A DNA stretch of 63,878 nucleotides, counting the filler, from Octopus bimaculoides (lineage: Eukaryota): NCBI RefSeq assembly GCF_001194135.2. It is 6 parts of 5 records of this genome, joined end to end, with 100 filler letters (N's around TTAATTAATTAA, not from the genome) between each part and the next. Parts side by side here need not be neighbours in the genome. Positions count along the whole stretch, not along the records: positions 22,592 to 44,509 come from NC_068999.1; positions 44,610 to 46,231 come from NW_026309079.1; positions 46,332 to 52,786 come from NC_068998.1; 3 more parts are not named here. The stretch is one strand, 5' to 3'. Numbering within the stretch: position 1 is the first letter of the stretch; each line of letters begins with the position of its first letter. Below the pieces are notes generated by a model, which saw nothing but the letters and a program-made list of their open reading frames with translations, was not told where the DNA came from and did not search any database. Position numbers and translations under genes: made by a program. Shown here in pieces: positions 34,951 to 47,885 of the stretch.

Positions 34951-36070
34951 TCCACCACTACCGCCATCATTGCATTTCGTTTTCTTAAGCTCACGCTTTC
35001 TTCACATCTTCCTCTCATCCGACATTGTCCTCTCCCTTACATTCCTCTCCCCTGCTCTCGCTCTCTCCCCTGCTCTCGCTCTCTCCCCTGCTCTCGTTCT
35101 CTCCCCTATTATTTCTATCCCTTTCTCTGTCTCTTATTTCTCTCACTTTCTATCACTCACTCGTTTGCATTCTCTTAATCTGCGTTCTTTCTCCCAGCTC
35201 TTTCTCTTTCGTTCTATACCGGAACTTTGATGACGTCTGCACTGACAAGACGGCCATCTTTTTTAACGCTTTAATTAGAAGCGTTTTCTCTTCTATATAA
35301 TTAATCTATTTGTTTGGCGGTAGTTTGCTGAGAAAGTCAATTAGAGACGGATCTCACCTAAATAAGACGCCACTATCATTACAGTTTTTCCCTATTATCT
35401 GTACGGCCGTAAAACGAGTTTGAGTTTTCATACGAGTCTTAGGTGAAGTGAGACGAACAGAAATGTCGGAACCAACTTTACAATGAGCTGAAAATACAAA
35501 CTGTTTTTTCCTCGCTATTAATCAAAGAAAATTGCTCACTCATTCGCTTGTGCTCGTAAACATTGCGCGCGCGTCTGCCTCTATGAATGTATGCATGTAT
35601 GCGTGAATGTATGTCTATATACATATGTGTGTAGGGAGGTTGAGAGAGAAAGAGAGAAAGAGACTGCGTAAGAGAGAAAGTGAGAAAGAAAGAGAGTAAA
35701 TGTGTTACTCTAATTACATGCATATATATGTGCGTGTGTATGTATGCGCGCGCGTGTCTGCGTGAGTGTGTTTGTGTGTTTGTGTATGTATACATAATAT
35801 ATAGCACATATGTATGCGTACGTGTGTGAATAATAATCCGTGGGTGGGTGTAAATATATACGCTTAATTCTTAACATACATACGTAAATACATCTATGTT
35901 TGCTTGTGTGAATTTTTGCGCATGCGCTTTCATTGTTACGTAAGTGCAAATATCGGTATACTTATAAATGGCTTTTTCACCTGTGCACCCTTCAATGTCT
36001 GTATAACTAAGTGTACATACATACATATTAAATATAATATATATGTATATATACTTATAAAATATAGTAT

Positions 36071-36500
36071 GCAGGCGTGGCTACGTGGTAAGAACTTTCC
36101 TTCCCAACAACCTGGTTCTGGGTTCAGACTCACCACGTGGCACCTTGGTCAAGTGTGTCTTTTACTATAGCCCCAGACCAACGAAAACCTTGTGGGCGGA
36201 TTCGTTGGTAGATGGGAATTGAAAGCAGCTCGTCCGGATTTATGATTCACTGATTATATGTGTGTGTGTGTATGTGTGTGTGTGTGTGTGTGTTTTATGT
36301 TTGTGTTTGTCCAGAACACCGATTGACAACCAGTATTGGTGCGTTAACGTCTCCGTAACATAGCTGTTCGGCAAAAAAGAACCGATAGAAGTATCAGGCT
36401 TTAAAAAATTACTACTACAGTCGATTCATTCAGCTAATAATTCTTTAAGGTGGTGCTCCAGCATGACCACAGTCTGGAGACTGAAATAAGTAGAAGAAAA
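36071..36500 (+). mobile_element. SINE family A, near full length
   Basis: GCAGGCGTGGCTACGTGGTAAGAAC...GGGTTCAGACTC...GGTGCTCCAGCATGACCACAGTC...GACTGAAATAAG. Confidence 0.85.
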
Positions 36501-36596
36501 ATAAAATACACACACACACACACACACACATGTATGTATGTATATATGCGTGTAGGGAGGTAGGTATGTATGTAGGTAGGTAGGTATAAATATGCA

Positions 36597-36727
36597 TACA
36601 AAGGGTGTATGAAGAATTTTGAGCCTTCAAGGACTTTAGCCTTGAAGTCTTGTACTTTCATCAGAAGTCTTGTAGCATTTCTCTTTTTTTTTCTTGAGGC
36701 TCAAGACTTTCCATACACCCCCTCGTA
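36597..36727. mobile_element. Mariner-type MITE (about 130 bp) with TA target duplication
   Basis: TA|CAAAGGGTGTATGAAGAATTTTGAGCCT ... AGGCTCAAGACTTTCCATACACCCCCTCG|TA; about 28-bp imperfect TIRs resembling mariner TACGAGGGG ends. Confidence 0.7.
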
Positions 36728-37772
36728 TGTACGTAAACGTATAACAATATGCAAAGCTGGTGATTTATAAGCTGCCTTTATGAGTCAAAAGTTGCAACAC
36801 CTTTTGTAAAAATAAAAGAAAATCTAAAGATTTCAAGACTGCTACATATTACAATATTTCCTCTTATCTCATTCTGTATTNNNNNNNNNNNNNNNNNNNN
36901 NNNNNNNNNNNNNNNNNNNNNNNNNNNNNNNNNNNNNNNNNNNNNNNNNNNNNNNNNNNNNNNNNNNNNNNNNNNNNNNNNNNNNNNNNNNNNNNNNNNN
37001 NNNNNNNNNNNNNNNNNNNNNNNNNNNNNNNNNNNNNNNNNNNNNNNNNNNNNNNNNNNNNNNNNNNNNNNNNNNNNNNNNNNNNNNNNNNNNNNNNNNN
37101 NNNNNNNNNNNNNNNNNNNNNNNNNNNNNNNNNNNNNNNNNNNNNNNNNNNNNNNNNNNNNNNNNNNNNNNNNNNNNNNNNNNNNNNNNNNNNNNNNNNN
37201 NNNNNNNNNNNNNNNNNNNNNNNNNNNNNNNNNNNNNNNNNNNNNNNNNNNNNNNNNNNNNNNNNNNNNNNNNNNNNNNNNNNNNNNNNNNNNNNNNNNN
37301 NNNNNNNNNNNNNNNNNNNNNNNNNNNNNNNNNNNNNNNNNNNNNNNNNNNNNNNNNNNNNNNNNNNNNNNNNNNNNNNNNNNNNNNNNNNNNNNNNNNN
37401 NNNNNNNNNNNNNNNNNNNNNNNNNNNNNNNNNNNNNNNNNNNNNNNNNNNNNNNNNNNNNNNNNNNNNNNNNNNNNNNNNNNNNNNNNNNNNNNNNNNN
37501 NNNNNNNNNNNNNNNNNNNNNNNNNNNNNNNNNNNNNNNNNNNNNNNNNNNNNNNNNNNNNNNNNNNNNNNNNNNNNNNNNNNNNNNNNNNNNNNNNNNN
37601 NNNNNNNNNNNNNNNNNNNNNNNNNNNNNNNNNNNNNNNNNNNNNNNNNNNNNNNNNNNNNNNNNNNNNNNTTACATTAAAACATGCTCCCCCACCCACC
37701 CGCTTCCCTTCTCTACAAACACAATTACCGTCAAATGTCCCCAACTAATAACTGTTATTAGAAGATCCTACA

Positions 37773-37805
<33 letters not shown>

Positions 37806-38240
37806 GGCACACACATGCACACACACACACACACCTGGGCACATACTACGCACCACATACATACATACATACATACATACATACAGATATACATACATAC
37901 GTACACGCACTTGTATGTACTTCTTTCAGTCACACATACGCATACGTGTATGCATACATAAAAGTATGTGTGTATATCTGTCTGTGAGTTTGTGTGTGTC
38001 AGTGTGTGTGGGGCGAGGAGGTGTGTGTGTGTGTGTGTGTTGCTTAATAGATTAACGTGTACGCATGCCCATATGCACGCGAGTATGACGCGTCATGCGC
38101 GTGTTCACACACTCAACCACGTGCACAGGCGCACACACACATTAAATCTTGTATCCACACAGACCACGTATGTGAGTGTTTGTCTGTGTTTGCTTATATG
38201 TGGTGTGTGGTGTGTGTGTGTGTGAATGTGTGTGTGAGTG

Positions 38241-38277
<37 letters not shown>

Positions 38278-38738
38278 CATGTGGTATTCGTATGTGTGTG
38301 TGTGTATACATACAAATATACATATATGGATGCATAGCAGACAAATTTAAATCTACATATATGCATAGCAATGTACATATACATACAGGCATATATATAC
38401 ATATGTAAACTCATGCATATATATACACAAATACGTGTTATATATGTATATATGTGATATATGTTACATATGTGTATATATATATATATATATATNNNNN
38501 NNNNNNNNNNNNNNNNNNNNNNNNNNNNNNNNNNNNNNNNNNNNNNNNNNNNNNNNNNNNNNNNNNNNNNNNNNNNNNNNNNNNNNNNNNNNNNNNNNNN
38601 NNNNNNNNNNNNNTGTATATATATACATGTATATAAAGATATGTATATTTACGTATATATATATATATATCTGTAGTAAAGCAAATGTGAGTACTCCGTT
38701 GAGTGAATTAGAACTTCAAATTACTCTCACTATGTTGC

Positions 38739-38770
<32 letters not shown>

Positions 38771-39112
38771 GTGTGTGCGTGTCTGTGTGTGTGCGTGCGT
38801 GTATGAGTGTACACGTCAAACCGCTAATGAAGGGAACTTAAGCAAAATTATTATAAAGCCATGCCGTAGCTTATATGAGAACAACAATGTAAACACGGTT
38901 TCCTATAAATATTCATATGCAAAAAATAACAACCAAATGACTTTCGCGAATGACCATTCCACAGATTCAGAGAAGAAGAATCTATTTCCCTTCCTTGATC
39001 ATTTGCATATACCAGCCGCTTATGAAGCAGTCAAGTATTTAATTAGCATATTAGTAGATAGATGGTTGGGCGAATTTGTATTTATCTAACTATCTATCTA
39101 CTTACCTACCTA

Positions 39113-39165
<53 letters not shown>

Positions 39166-40319
39166 ATAAATGTATATATGCATATGTGCCTATATACATA
39201 TGTATATATATATGTATATATATATATATATATACATACATACGTATATNNNNNNNNNNNNNNNNNNNNNNNNNNNNNNNNNNNNNNNNNNNNNNNNNNN
39301 NNNNNNNNNNNNNNNNNNNNNNNNNNNNNNNNNNNNNNNNNNNNNNNNNNNNNNNNNNNNNNNNNNNNNNNNNNNNNNNNNNNNNNNNNNNNNNNNNNNN
39401 NNNNNNNNNNNNNNNNNNNNNNNNNNNNNNNNNNNNNNNNNNNNNNNNNNNNNNNNNNNNNNNNNNNNNNNNNNNNNNNNNNNNNNNNNNNNNNNNNNNN
39501 NNNNNNNNNNNNNNNNNNNNNNNNNNNNNNNNNNNNNNNNNNNNNNNNNNNNNNNNNNNNNNNNNNNNNNNNNNNNNNNNNNNNNNNNNNNNNNNNNNNN
39601 NNNNNNNNNNNNNNNNNNNNNNNNNNNNNNNNNNNNNNNNNNNNNNNNNNNNNNNNNNNNNNNNNNNNNNNNNNNNNNNNNNNNNNNNNNNNNNNNNNNN
39701 NNNNNNNNNNNNNNNNNNNNNNNNNNNNNNNNNNNNNNNNNNNNNNNNNNNNNNNNNNNNNNNNNNNNNNNNNNNNNNNNNNNNNNNNNNNNNNNNNNNN
39801 NNNNNNNNNNNNNNNNNNNNNNNNNNNNNNNNNNNNNNNNNNNNNNNNNNNNNNNNNNNNNTATATATATATATATATATATATATACATCTCAATTATT
39901 TTTCACATCATTTATATATTTGTCTTCACAACAAGATACTTGATATGAAGTTGTGTATTGAAACATATTATTAAATTTAAGGATGTCCATATTTTGCCAG
40001 TTAAGCACATATATTATTTATTTAATCTTAACTTCATTATTATTACTGTTTTTATATTATTTCAGTTTAATTTAATGTAGTTAGTTTGTGTAGATCATAT
40101 AGTGCATATGTTTAATTGAGCAAACATTACCATGCCAAGTATAACAATATATATTTATATATGTATATGCATATGTTTGTATGTATGTATGTATGTATGT
40201 ATGTATGTATGTATGTATGCATGCATGCATGCATGTATGTATGTATATATGTATGTATATGTGTAGTATGTATGTATGTATGTATGTATGTGTCTGTATG
40301 CGTGTTTGTATATGTACAT

Positions 40320-40375
<56 letters not shown>

Positions 40376-41295
40376 GGAATTAAAATATATGTCACAAATT
40401 ACTGAGTACAGGCAGAATCCAAAATCACATACACGGAACACACACGCTAATACAAAATCCTAGATGCATCCATTTATGCATTTACATCTATGTATACATA
40501 AATAATGACATCTATTCGCATATATAATCTAGCCAGGTATATACACACATGCACACAAACTGCACAAACTGATGCACTTATAGATGCACACGCTCACAAA
40601 CATGTATAGTGTGACGTACAAAACCACACGCTTCTACGCAAACACACGTGCATACAATATAATGTATAGACACCTCATTTAACATACATACAGATACACA
40701 TACAAACACTGTGACATATGCACGTGCACACGTTTGCGAATGGACGTGCACACATATATCGAGTTATACATGCAAACATACGCAAACAAAAGACAAAACT
40801 TGCGCACGTGCAGAGGCACACGTTCGCAAACACAAAGAAAATACACACACTTGCTCACACACGCTCTTAAGAGTAACACACACACACACACAACACACAG
40901 ACTTTCTTGGCGTTATGTGCACATGAAAAGTAACATATACATAGATTCACAAAAAAAATAGACATATATACACACGTGCACACATGCACACACACATACA
41001 CTCGCACGCACAAAGCCAAATCCGCATGCATACAAAGATGGGCATGCGGTAAAACAAACAAAAGAACAACAATGACACACGCACGTGTGTATTTGTGCGC
41101 GTGCGTGTGTGTTTGTCTGTCTGTGATGTGCGTGTGTGTACATGTTAAATTTACATATATCTATACACATCTTATACACAAACATACAAGCAAAGTGAGG
41201 GACAAAGATAGATGCATATAAACGGTCAAATATCACACAAACGCATACATACAATCCTTCACACACACACACACACACATATATATATGTTTCAC

Positions 41296-41597
41296 ACGTT
41301 CGACTGCGGCCATGATGGGGCACTGCCTTGAAAACTCTTACTCGAAAGAATCGGCCCCAGTACATATTTTCATGAAAGCCTGGTATTTATTTCATCACTT
41401 TTTTTTGCTGCACCGCTATGTTACGGGGACGCAAACACACCTACACCGGTTGTTAGGTGGTGATGGGAGACAACCACAATATACTTACATGGCTTTGTTC
41501 GGCCAGAACATTACAGAAGACACTTCCTCAAGGTGCCACGCAGTGGGACTGAACCTAGAACCATGTGGTTGCCAAGCAAACATTTTACTACACAGCA
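41296..41597 (-). mobile_element. SINE family A copy
   Basis: GACTGCGGCCATGATGGGGCAC...AAGGTGCCACGCAGTGGGACTGAACCTAGAACCATGTGG. Confidence 0.8.
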
Positions 41598-41994
41598 TAT
41601 ATATATATGGGTAGGAGAGGCATGCGAATTTACTGTGTAAGTGTATGTGTTAACAAATTGACTTAAATGTACATTACTTTACGTTTCACATATATACTGA
41701 AAAATAGATCATTCTTCTGATGCTCCCAGCTGAATACACACACACACGTATACATGTATATGCATATTAAATTCTACATGACGATGGCTTAACTGGCCAA
41801 AACGTCTGAGCTACTGTCAATATCATTGTTTAAGAATCTTATATATATATATATATATATATATATNNNNNNNNNNNNNNNNNNNNNNNNNNNNNNNNNN
41901 NNNNNNNNNNNNNNNNNNNNNNNNNNNNNNNNNNNNNNNNNNNNNNNNNNNNNNNNNNNNNNNNNNNNNNNNNNNNNNNNNNNNNNNNNNNNNN

Positions 41995-42039
<45 letters not shown>

Positions 42040-42221
42040 TATACATAATTTCTTTATTTGTGAATTAAGGCTTCTCTTGGTTTCATGTTAAGGAAAGTAG
42101 GAAAATATTCAAATATCTTAACAATTTTTCAAGTCGATCAAATGGAGAAAGCTATTCACCTCCATTTTGGAAAACAGCCTAATTTAGTTCACGGAATTTC
42201 TCGTAAATTCACGGGAATGAA

Positions 42222-42850
42222 TCAATGAATCAAGGGACGTTACTCTTCGGTGGCATATTTTGGATGCTTGTCTCGCTTGGATTTGTCTTTTGGGTAAGTT
42301 TTTGTGTGGTCAATTTGTTTTCATTATTTTGTTTTTGTTCTGGGTTGGTGTTGTTATACTTATGTGCTCAAGTAGTTCCTCATTGGGGCATATTTCTTCT
42401 GTGTGGAGTTCGTGTGCCACGTGTTCACGTTTAGGAAAGGGGCTATCCTGGACAGGGTACCAAATGTGAACTTTGTATTACTGAAAAATTAAACATTATG
42501 CAATCAACAGATAACATCTTAAATATTAGGGATGAAACCATCTTCCCCTGCATACACAAGCAATATTTTACACTCAAATATTTCAAAGTAGAGCCCCTAT
42601 CTGCGACAGTAACTCCACCAGGATAGCCTCTTTCCTAATTGTGAACACACAAAGCACACGAACTCCACACAAAGAAGCAATATTCACCAGTGACGAACTA
42701 CCTCAGCACGCAAGTATAACAACACCATTCCCAGAACAAAATCAAAATAATGCAAGCAAATTGACCACAAAACTTTGTCCAAAGGACAAATCCAAGGGAA
42801 ACAAAAATCCAAACAATGCTACCCAAGAGTAACGTCCCTTGAGTCATTGG
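42222..42850 (+). mobile_element. Penelope-like 3' fragment flanked by inverted pseudo-LTRs
   Basis: 42222-42450 is the diverged reverse complement of 42619-42850; the spacer translates KCELCITEKLNIMQSTDNILNIRDETIFPCIHK, the C..C..EK...I...LN.R.E...C.H C-terminal motif seen in Penelope-like ORFs. Confidence 0.65.
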
Positions 42851-42854
42851 ATCA

Positions 42855-43331
42855 TAGAATCTGACAAATTGACCTTTCCTCATCATATAAGACTTATATT
42901 TGATGTCTTCGTGGACAACATTTCTGACTGTTCCTTCTGACACATTGAAATCTTTTGCAATTGACCTCATTGATTTTGGGGATTTTAATCAATGGTCTAT
43001 TGAACTTGCTGGTTAAATTCGGGTATTCTGATAATTTCAGAGTGTTTAGAATGCTTTTTTTCTGCTTTGATACTGGTGAAACGTTTCCATCTTCAGTCTC
43101 TAGCTCCTTACAAACTCTGTAGAAGAAAGATCTGGCAACTTTTACAAATCGAGACATTTCTAAATCGCTATGCTCAGCCTTTATAACCACAATAACAGCA
43201 TGCCACTTCATTTCTTGAGTTAGCTGTGGGTCTGCCATTATTATTTTCTGAAACCAAGATTATTCAGTCAGCAAAAAATGTAGCAATGATACCAAAAATG
43301 GCATGTCCTCAAATACCTTACGCATCCTGTA
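42855..43331 (-). mobile_element. Tc1/mariner (maT-like) 5' half encoding the HTH region
   Basis: Terminus TA|CAGGATGCGTAAGG at 43331-43316; KWHAVIVVIKAEHSDLEMSRFVKVARS and MRSIAKDFNVSEGTVRNVVHEDIKYKSY; one frameshift, no DDD domain. Confidence 0.75.
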
Positions 43332-43415
43332 TATATAGCACATATAGTATATATGAATGCATGTATGTATGTATGTATCTATGTATGTATGTATCTATGT
43401 ATGTATGCATATGTC

Positions 43416-43487
<72 letters not shown>

Positions 43488-44197
43488 CATATATATATAC
43501 ATGTATATATATTTGTGCATATGTATATATAAATATATATATGTGTGTATATATATGTATATATATATATATGTGTATATATNNNNNNNNNNTATATGTA
43601 TGTACGAATATATGTATGCTTGTATGTATGAAAAATAATGGGTATTAAAATATTAGTCACGGTGGTGCATTGAATATTCAACACTTGTAATATATGATTC
43701 TCCACACTTATTGATACCTCTTTTGTCTTGGTGGAACGTTGGACTTACACGTTCCTTTCTAGATTCCAGTCTTTCTCACTGTTTCTCATTTTATCTCACA
43801 TTTTTCTCTCTTCATATATGTGTGTGTGTGATTTTGTTTGTGGATGTGAGCGCTTTTGTATACGCATACGCAGGTGCCTGCATATATAGATATATCCTGA
43901 GATTCTCTATAACTTTGACGAGTGATTCGGCTGTTATGTCGCTACTGGACATCTGTTACTGAGGAAGCCCTTGCACGGTGATCTGGCAGTCCCGGCGTGA
44001 TCGAGTACTTATGGCGGCCGTAGCAGATGAACCTTGTCTGTCAACGGTATAATGCTGAGTGCTTTTATGCACCACGAGTCTTTATGAGAGATTCTCTCAA
44101 AGTAAACAAAGCAGTATTCTGCGTTCTAACACAACCTCTACGTTAAGTTGGAGACAAAGATTGCTTTTGGTATTAATACTGCATCTATCGCTATTAA

Positions 44198-44219
44198 TCT
44201 ATATATATAAAAATTAGAA

Positions 44220-44254
<35 letters not shown>

Positions 44255-44509
44255 GTGAATCCCTAAAACTCGAGAACTACGCAACCAATTTCATTCAAAT
44301 TTTACACATGCCTTACTTAGGGTTCCAGTTGTGTTTTAGTCAAAAAAAATTATTAACCTCTTGCAGAGTTCGAGCACACGGCAACATAATATCTCCTCCA
44401 CTATTTAAGTATTACGTGTCAAAAGTGAAACAAAAACACTCATGTCAAATACTTTCACTTTAAAAATGAAACTATTCCACTAACTGAAACAATCACATTT
44501 CGATACTGT
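44198..44509 (+). mobile_element. Non-autonomous Helitron 5' end (cut by linker)
   Basis: A|TCTATATATATAAAAATTAGAAT(GTCT)n...ACGCAACCAATTTCATTCAAATTTTACAC: 5' TC after A plus the (GTCT)n microsatellite typical of DINE-1/Helitron-like elements. Confidence 0.75.
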
Positions 44510-44609
44510 NNNNNNNNNNNNNNNNNNNNNNNNNNNNNNNNNNNNNNNNNNNNTTAATTAATTAANNNNNNNNNNNNNNNNNNNNNNNNNNNNNNNNNNN
44601 NNNNNNNNN
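44510..44609. other. Artificial scaffold linker N44-TTAATTAATTAA-N44
   Basis: 44+12+44 bp counted. Confidence 0.95.
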
Positions 44610-44924
44610 AAGATCATTGTCAGTATTGATGATGCACATTCCAGTTGTTCTTTTGGCAAAACTATCTATTCATTGTGAATGACATAGCCCTTTTTAGGTC
44701 ACTCTATGTGCTAGGAATAGCAAGTAAAATTTCCTGTAATTCATACTCCACTGTCTTAAAATGTAATTACTTTGGATATATAAACTGAGTTCCTATACAC
44801 ACTCTATAAATAAAGATTTTGATTATAGATCTGTTTGGTCAAGGCTTGCCCAGGGCATGAACAAAATGATTGCATAGATTGGCTGAGTATTCCACAGATA
44901 TGTGTAATATTAATATAATCCTCA

Positions 44925-45175
44925 GGCGAAATCAGTGAGACACAGTTCCAATCCCCACTTTCTATTTATGTATTGGGCAAGTTTCGCCTTTTTTTCTTTC
45001 TTTTTTATTTTGTTTCTTTTTGAGAGACAGTGTTGTCTGTTGAAATTGATGCACTCTTGAAGATACCTTGCTTTCTTTGATTGCCTTTTGATTGCTATAT
45101 TGGGTTAATTTTCCTTAATTTCTCTGTCTGAGTGAATTGGTATGTCTCAGCATATGGATACTTATAGTCCTTTTC
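44925..45175 (-). mobile_element. R4/Dong-type REL endonuclease fragment
   Basis: DIPIHSDREIKEN*PNIAIK...SISTDNTVSQKETK resembles D.PI.TDR.I.AN.PDI and SIP.D.NVS.KE.EK. Confidence 0.6.
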
Positions 45176-45924
45176 TGAGATCAATTTTTTCTATGAACTT
45201 CTATTATGGCTGCTACTGTTCAGGGTCTGGTTTTGTTTGAACCTCCAGGTGGACAGGAACTGGAACTCCAACCTCAACCTGAAATGGGCTGAGAGGAAGC
45301 TATCCCTCAAAAGATGGAGCAAAAGTGGTAAATGATTACATTGCCTCCATCATAATTTACTGCCTGACTGACACCCTCTTCTTCAGTCAAACTCTCATCA
45401 ACATTTTCAAGAAAAGTAAGGGTGGAGATGCAAGTGTTCTTCCTCAGTGAATTTATTGAAATGTGGATAACTGTAGCAAAAAATGACTGTGGTGATGGAA
45501 CCACTCTGAATTGCATCAGTGCTTATACAATGGTTGTTTGTACAGTAAGAAATGATTTAGATTTCAAAAATTTTTCAAATTTCTCTGTAGATGTAAGAAC
45601 GTTTTTACAATTTGTTAGTTTTATTTTGTTTTTGTTCAAGAATTAATCAGTTTATCATATAATTAATTATTTAACATATAATTGATTATATAGTTATAGA
45701 GTCCAATAGAGTTCAGGGACTTACTCAAGGATAGAGTACCTGCAGTGTATGAATTTTCAGACTCAACTTATTGATGAGTACAATGCATATTGATGAGTGC
45801 AATGACCAGGTTTTTCATTGACCAAGACAGTTAAATAAAGCAATCAGTCAGTTAATGTATTTAGGATATATTAAACAAATGAAATCTGAAAGACTTTCAT
45901 TATAGAGTGTGAATTCTATGTTTT

Positions 45925-46154
45925 TTAAAATCCTTTTAACATTTAAACAGGTCATATCCAGCTAAAATATTCTACCTGTTTTATGTCCAAACTAGCTTGA
46001 TCTGGCCCCTCACACTTGCCCTGCAATCTCATTCTAAAAATAAAGTTGCATCTTAAAAATCTGAAGGCTACAAGATTAATGCATGATTAATTCAAAACAA
46101 TGTGAATAAACAAGTATAACATTTGCCAGAGTTATGTGAGTGGCAAAGGGTTAA
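45925..46154. mobile_element. piggyBac-type MITE
   Basis: Right end GCAAAGGG|TTAA; degraded left end TTAAAATCCTTTTAACATTT; about 230 bp. Confidence 0.55.
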
Positions 46155-46231
46155 ATAGTTACTATTTTCTTTGGTTAAGTGGTATGAACATTATTGGTGA
46201 TGATAATTTTTCAATTTTTTTTTCTTTGAAT

Positions 46232-46331
46232 NNNNNNNNNNNNNNNNNNNNNNNNNNNNNNNNNNNNNNNNNNNNTTAATTAATTAANNNNNNNNNNNNN
46301 NNNNNNNNNNNNNNNNNNNNNNNNNNNNNNN
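46232..46331. other. Artificial scaffold linker N44-TTAATTAATTAA-N44
   Basis: 44+12+44 bp counted. Confidence 0.95.
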
Positions 46332-46389
46332 TATGAATGAATGAATATGAAGTAAAGGGGGGAATTACGAGGGTGGGGAGAGGGGATTA

Positions 46390-46442
<53 letters not shown>

Positions 46443-46459
46443 TGATGATGATGATGATG

Positions 46460-46686
46460 ATTGAGTGGGATGGACTACTCGACCTGACGAAAATTCTAAC
46501 TGGGCCCCACCTGTGAGGTCATGCGCTGTTTATCTTGATATGAGATTGCTATGTCATTCACATATGGTTGTGATGCATGTGCCTGGTGTACCCTTATCAG
46601 ACGGGTATTCATGATGAGTGTATTGGGCTTCGTATAATTGTACCCCAGTGTCACTCTGATGGTATGCACTGCTCTCTCACTCAATG
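46460..46686 (-). mobile_element. Family D repeat, 5' part
   Basis: Reverse complement is homologous to 59710-59870 (GAGCAGTGCATACCATCAGAGTGACACTGGGGTACAATTATACGAAGCCC). Confidence 0.65.
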
Positions 46687-47054
46687 CAAGAAAGAACATG
46701 TATGATAATCGACATAGCATGCCCCGGTGACAACAGGATCAATGAGAAAGAAAGAAAAAAACAAACAACTATGACGATTTGAGGTGGGAAATACGAAGGT
46801 TGTGGTCAATGAAGAGAGTAGACGTGATATCAATAGTAATTGGTGCAGTTGGAAGTATCAGCACTCAACTACTAGCATGGCTGAAAGAGATTGGTGCAAG
46901 TGTGAAGGTAGAACGCCTAGAAAAATGCAGCATTGCTTGGAACTGCAAGAATTCTTCGCAGGGTTCTTCGAGCATGATTAGTGTCACCTTGGTCTGCTGG
47001 CTGTGGACAACTGACACTTTCCATCATATCCAGCAAAATAAGCTGTGAGTTTTC

Positions 47055-47106
<52 letters not shown>
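46686..47106 (+). mobile_element. R4/Dong-type LINE 3' end: REL endonuclease, 3' UTR, (TAA)n tail
   Basis: ERTCMIIDIACPGDNRINEKER/NYDDLRWEIRRLWSMKRVDVISIVIGAVG...LEK/AALLGTARILRRVL with frameshifts; (TAA)n at 47057-47106. Confidence 0.85.
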
Positions 47107-47107
<1 letters not shown>

Positions 47108-47731
47108 CTATGAGAGAAATAGGAGCTATTGTTAAATAAAGCGTGAATGAAAGTAGTGGTTAATTTATGGGCAATGCGTGGTATGACAATAACAACAACA
47201 ACAGCACCAAAAGCATTTTAGTAATGGACGTCCAAGATGAAGTCCTTCAAGGCAAACATAAAGAAATCATAACGAAACAATAACATTGACTAAAACAACA
47301 ACAACAACAACAAATGAGAACGATAGAGAAAGTTCTGTTGCGTATGGCAAGGCGAAGGTCATCATAAGAAATATGGAACGGATAAGGGTTATTGTGAGGA
47401 TTAGCAAATGTTTTGATCGCCATAATTAATCTGGTAATTATAAAACTGACCAACCTAATGATCATCCTCTGGGAAAATTGCCAAAAATCTCCTTATGGCT
47501 AATTATTAATGTTAATATCGTTTAGCTGTCAACGACGGCTCAGACATCGACTAGTCCGAGCCTGTTTCACTTGAACAAGACGTTCGAGGAAGGGGGGGAG
47601 AAGAAGAAGAAGAAGAAGAAGAAGAAGAAGAAGAAGAAGAAGAAGAAGAAGAAGAAGAAACCCTCAACCGGAAACATCATCATCATCATCGTCACCATTA
47701 TTATTGGTTTATTATTACAATAATTATTGAA

Positions 47732-47885
47732 GGCGGCGCAGCGGGCAGAACTGTTATTGTGCCGCATTTCTTCTTACTCTACGTTCTGAGTTCAAATGCC
47801 ACCAGAGTTGACTTTACCTTCCATCCTTTCGGGGTCGGTCAAATAAGTACCAGTTGAGTACTAGGGTCGACGTAATCGACTTATC
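47732..47885 (+). mobile_element. SINE family C copy
   Basis: AGGCGGCGCAGCGGGCAGAAC...CGTTCTGAGTTCAAATGCC...TCCTTTCGGGGTCGG. Confidence 0.75.

Noticed and set aside
36071-36140. tRNA gene-like sequence (and other SINE heads)
   Set aside because: A/B-box-like motifs continue into SINE bodies, and no complete cloverleaf is seen.
37745-41365. Numerous [12 protein letters not shown] ORFs (also 280-1100, 50828-52061, 57429-58632)
   Set aside because: Translations of dinucleotide and tetranucleotide microsatellites and N-gaps.
45190-45646. Short ORFs and splice-like signals between linkers
   Set aside because: No consistent frame or recognisable protein; adjacent to a LINE fragment on a 1.6-kb orphan contig.
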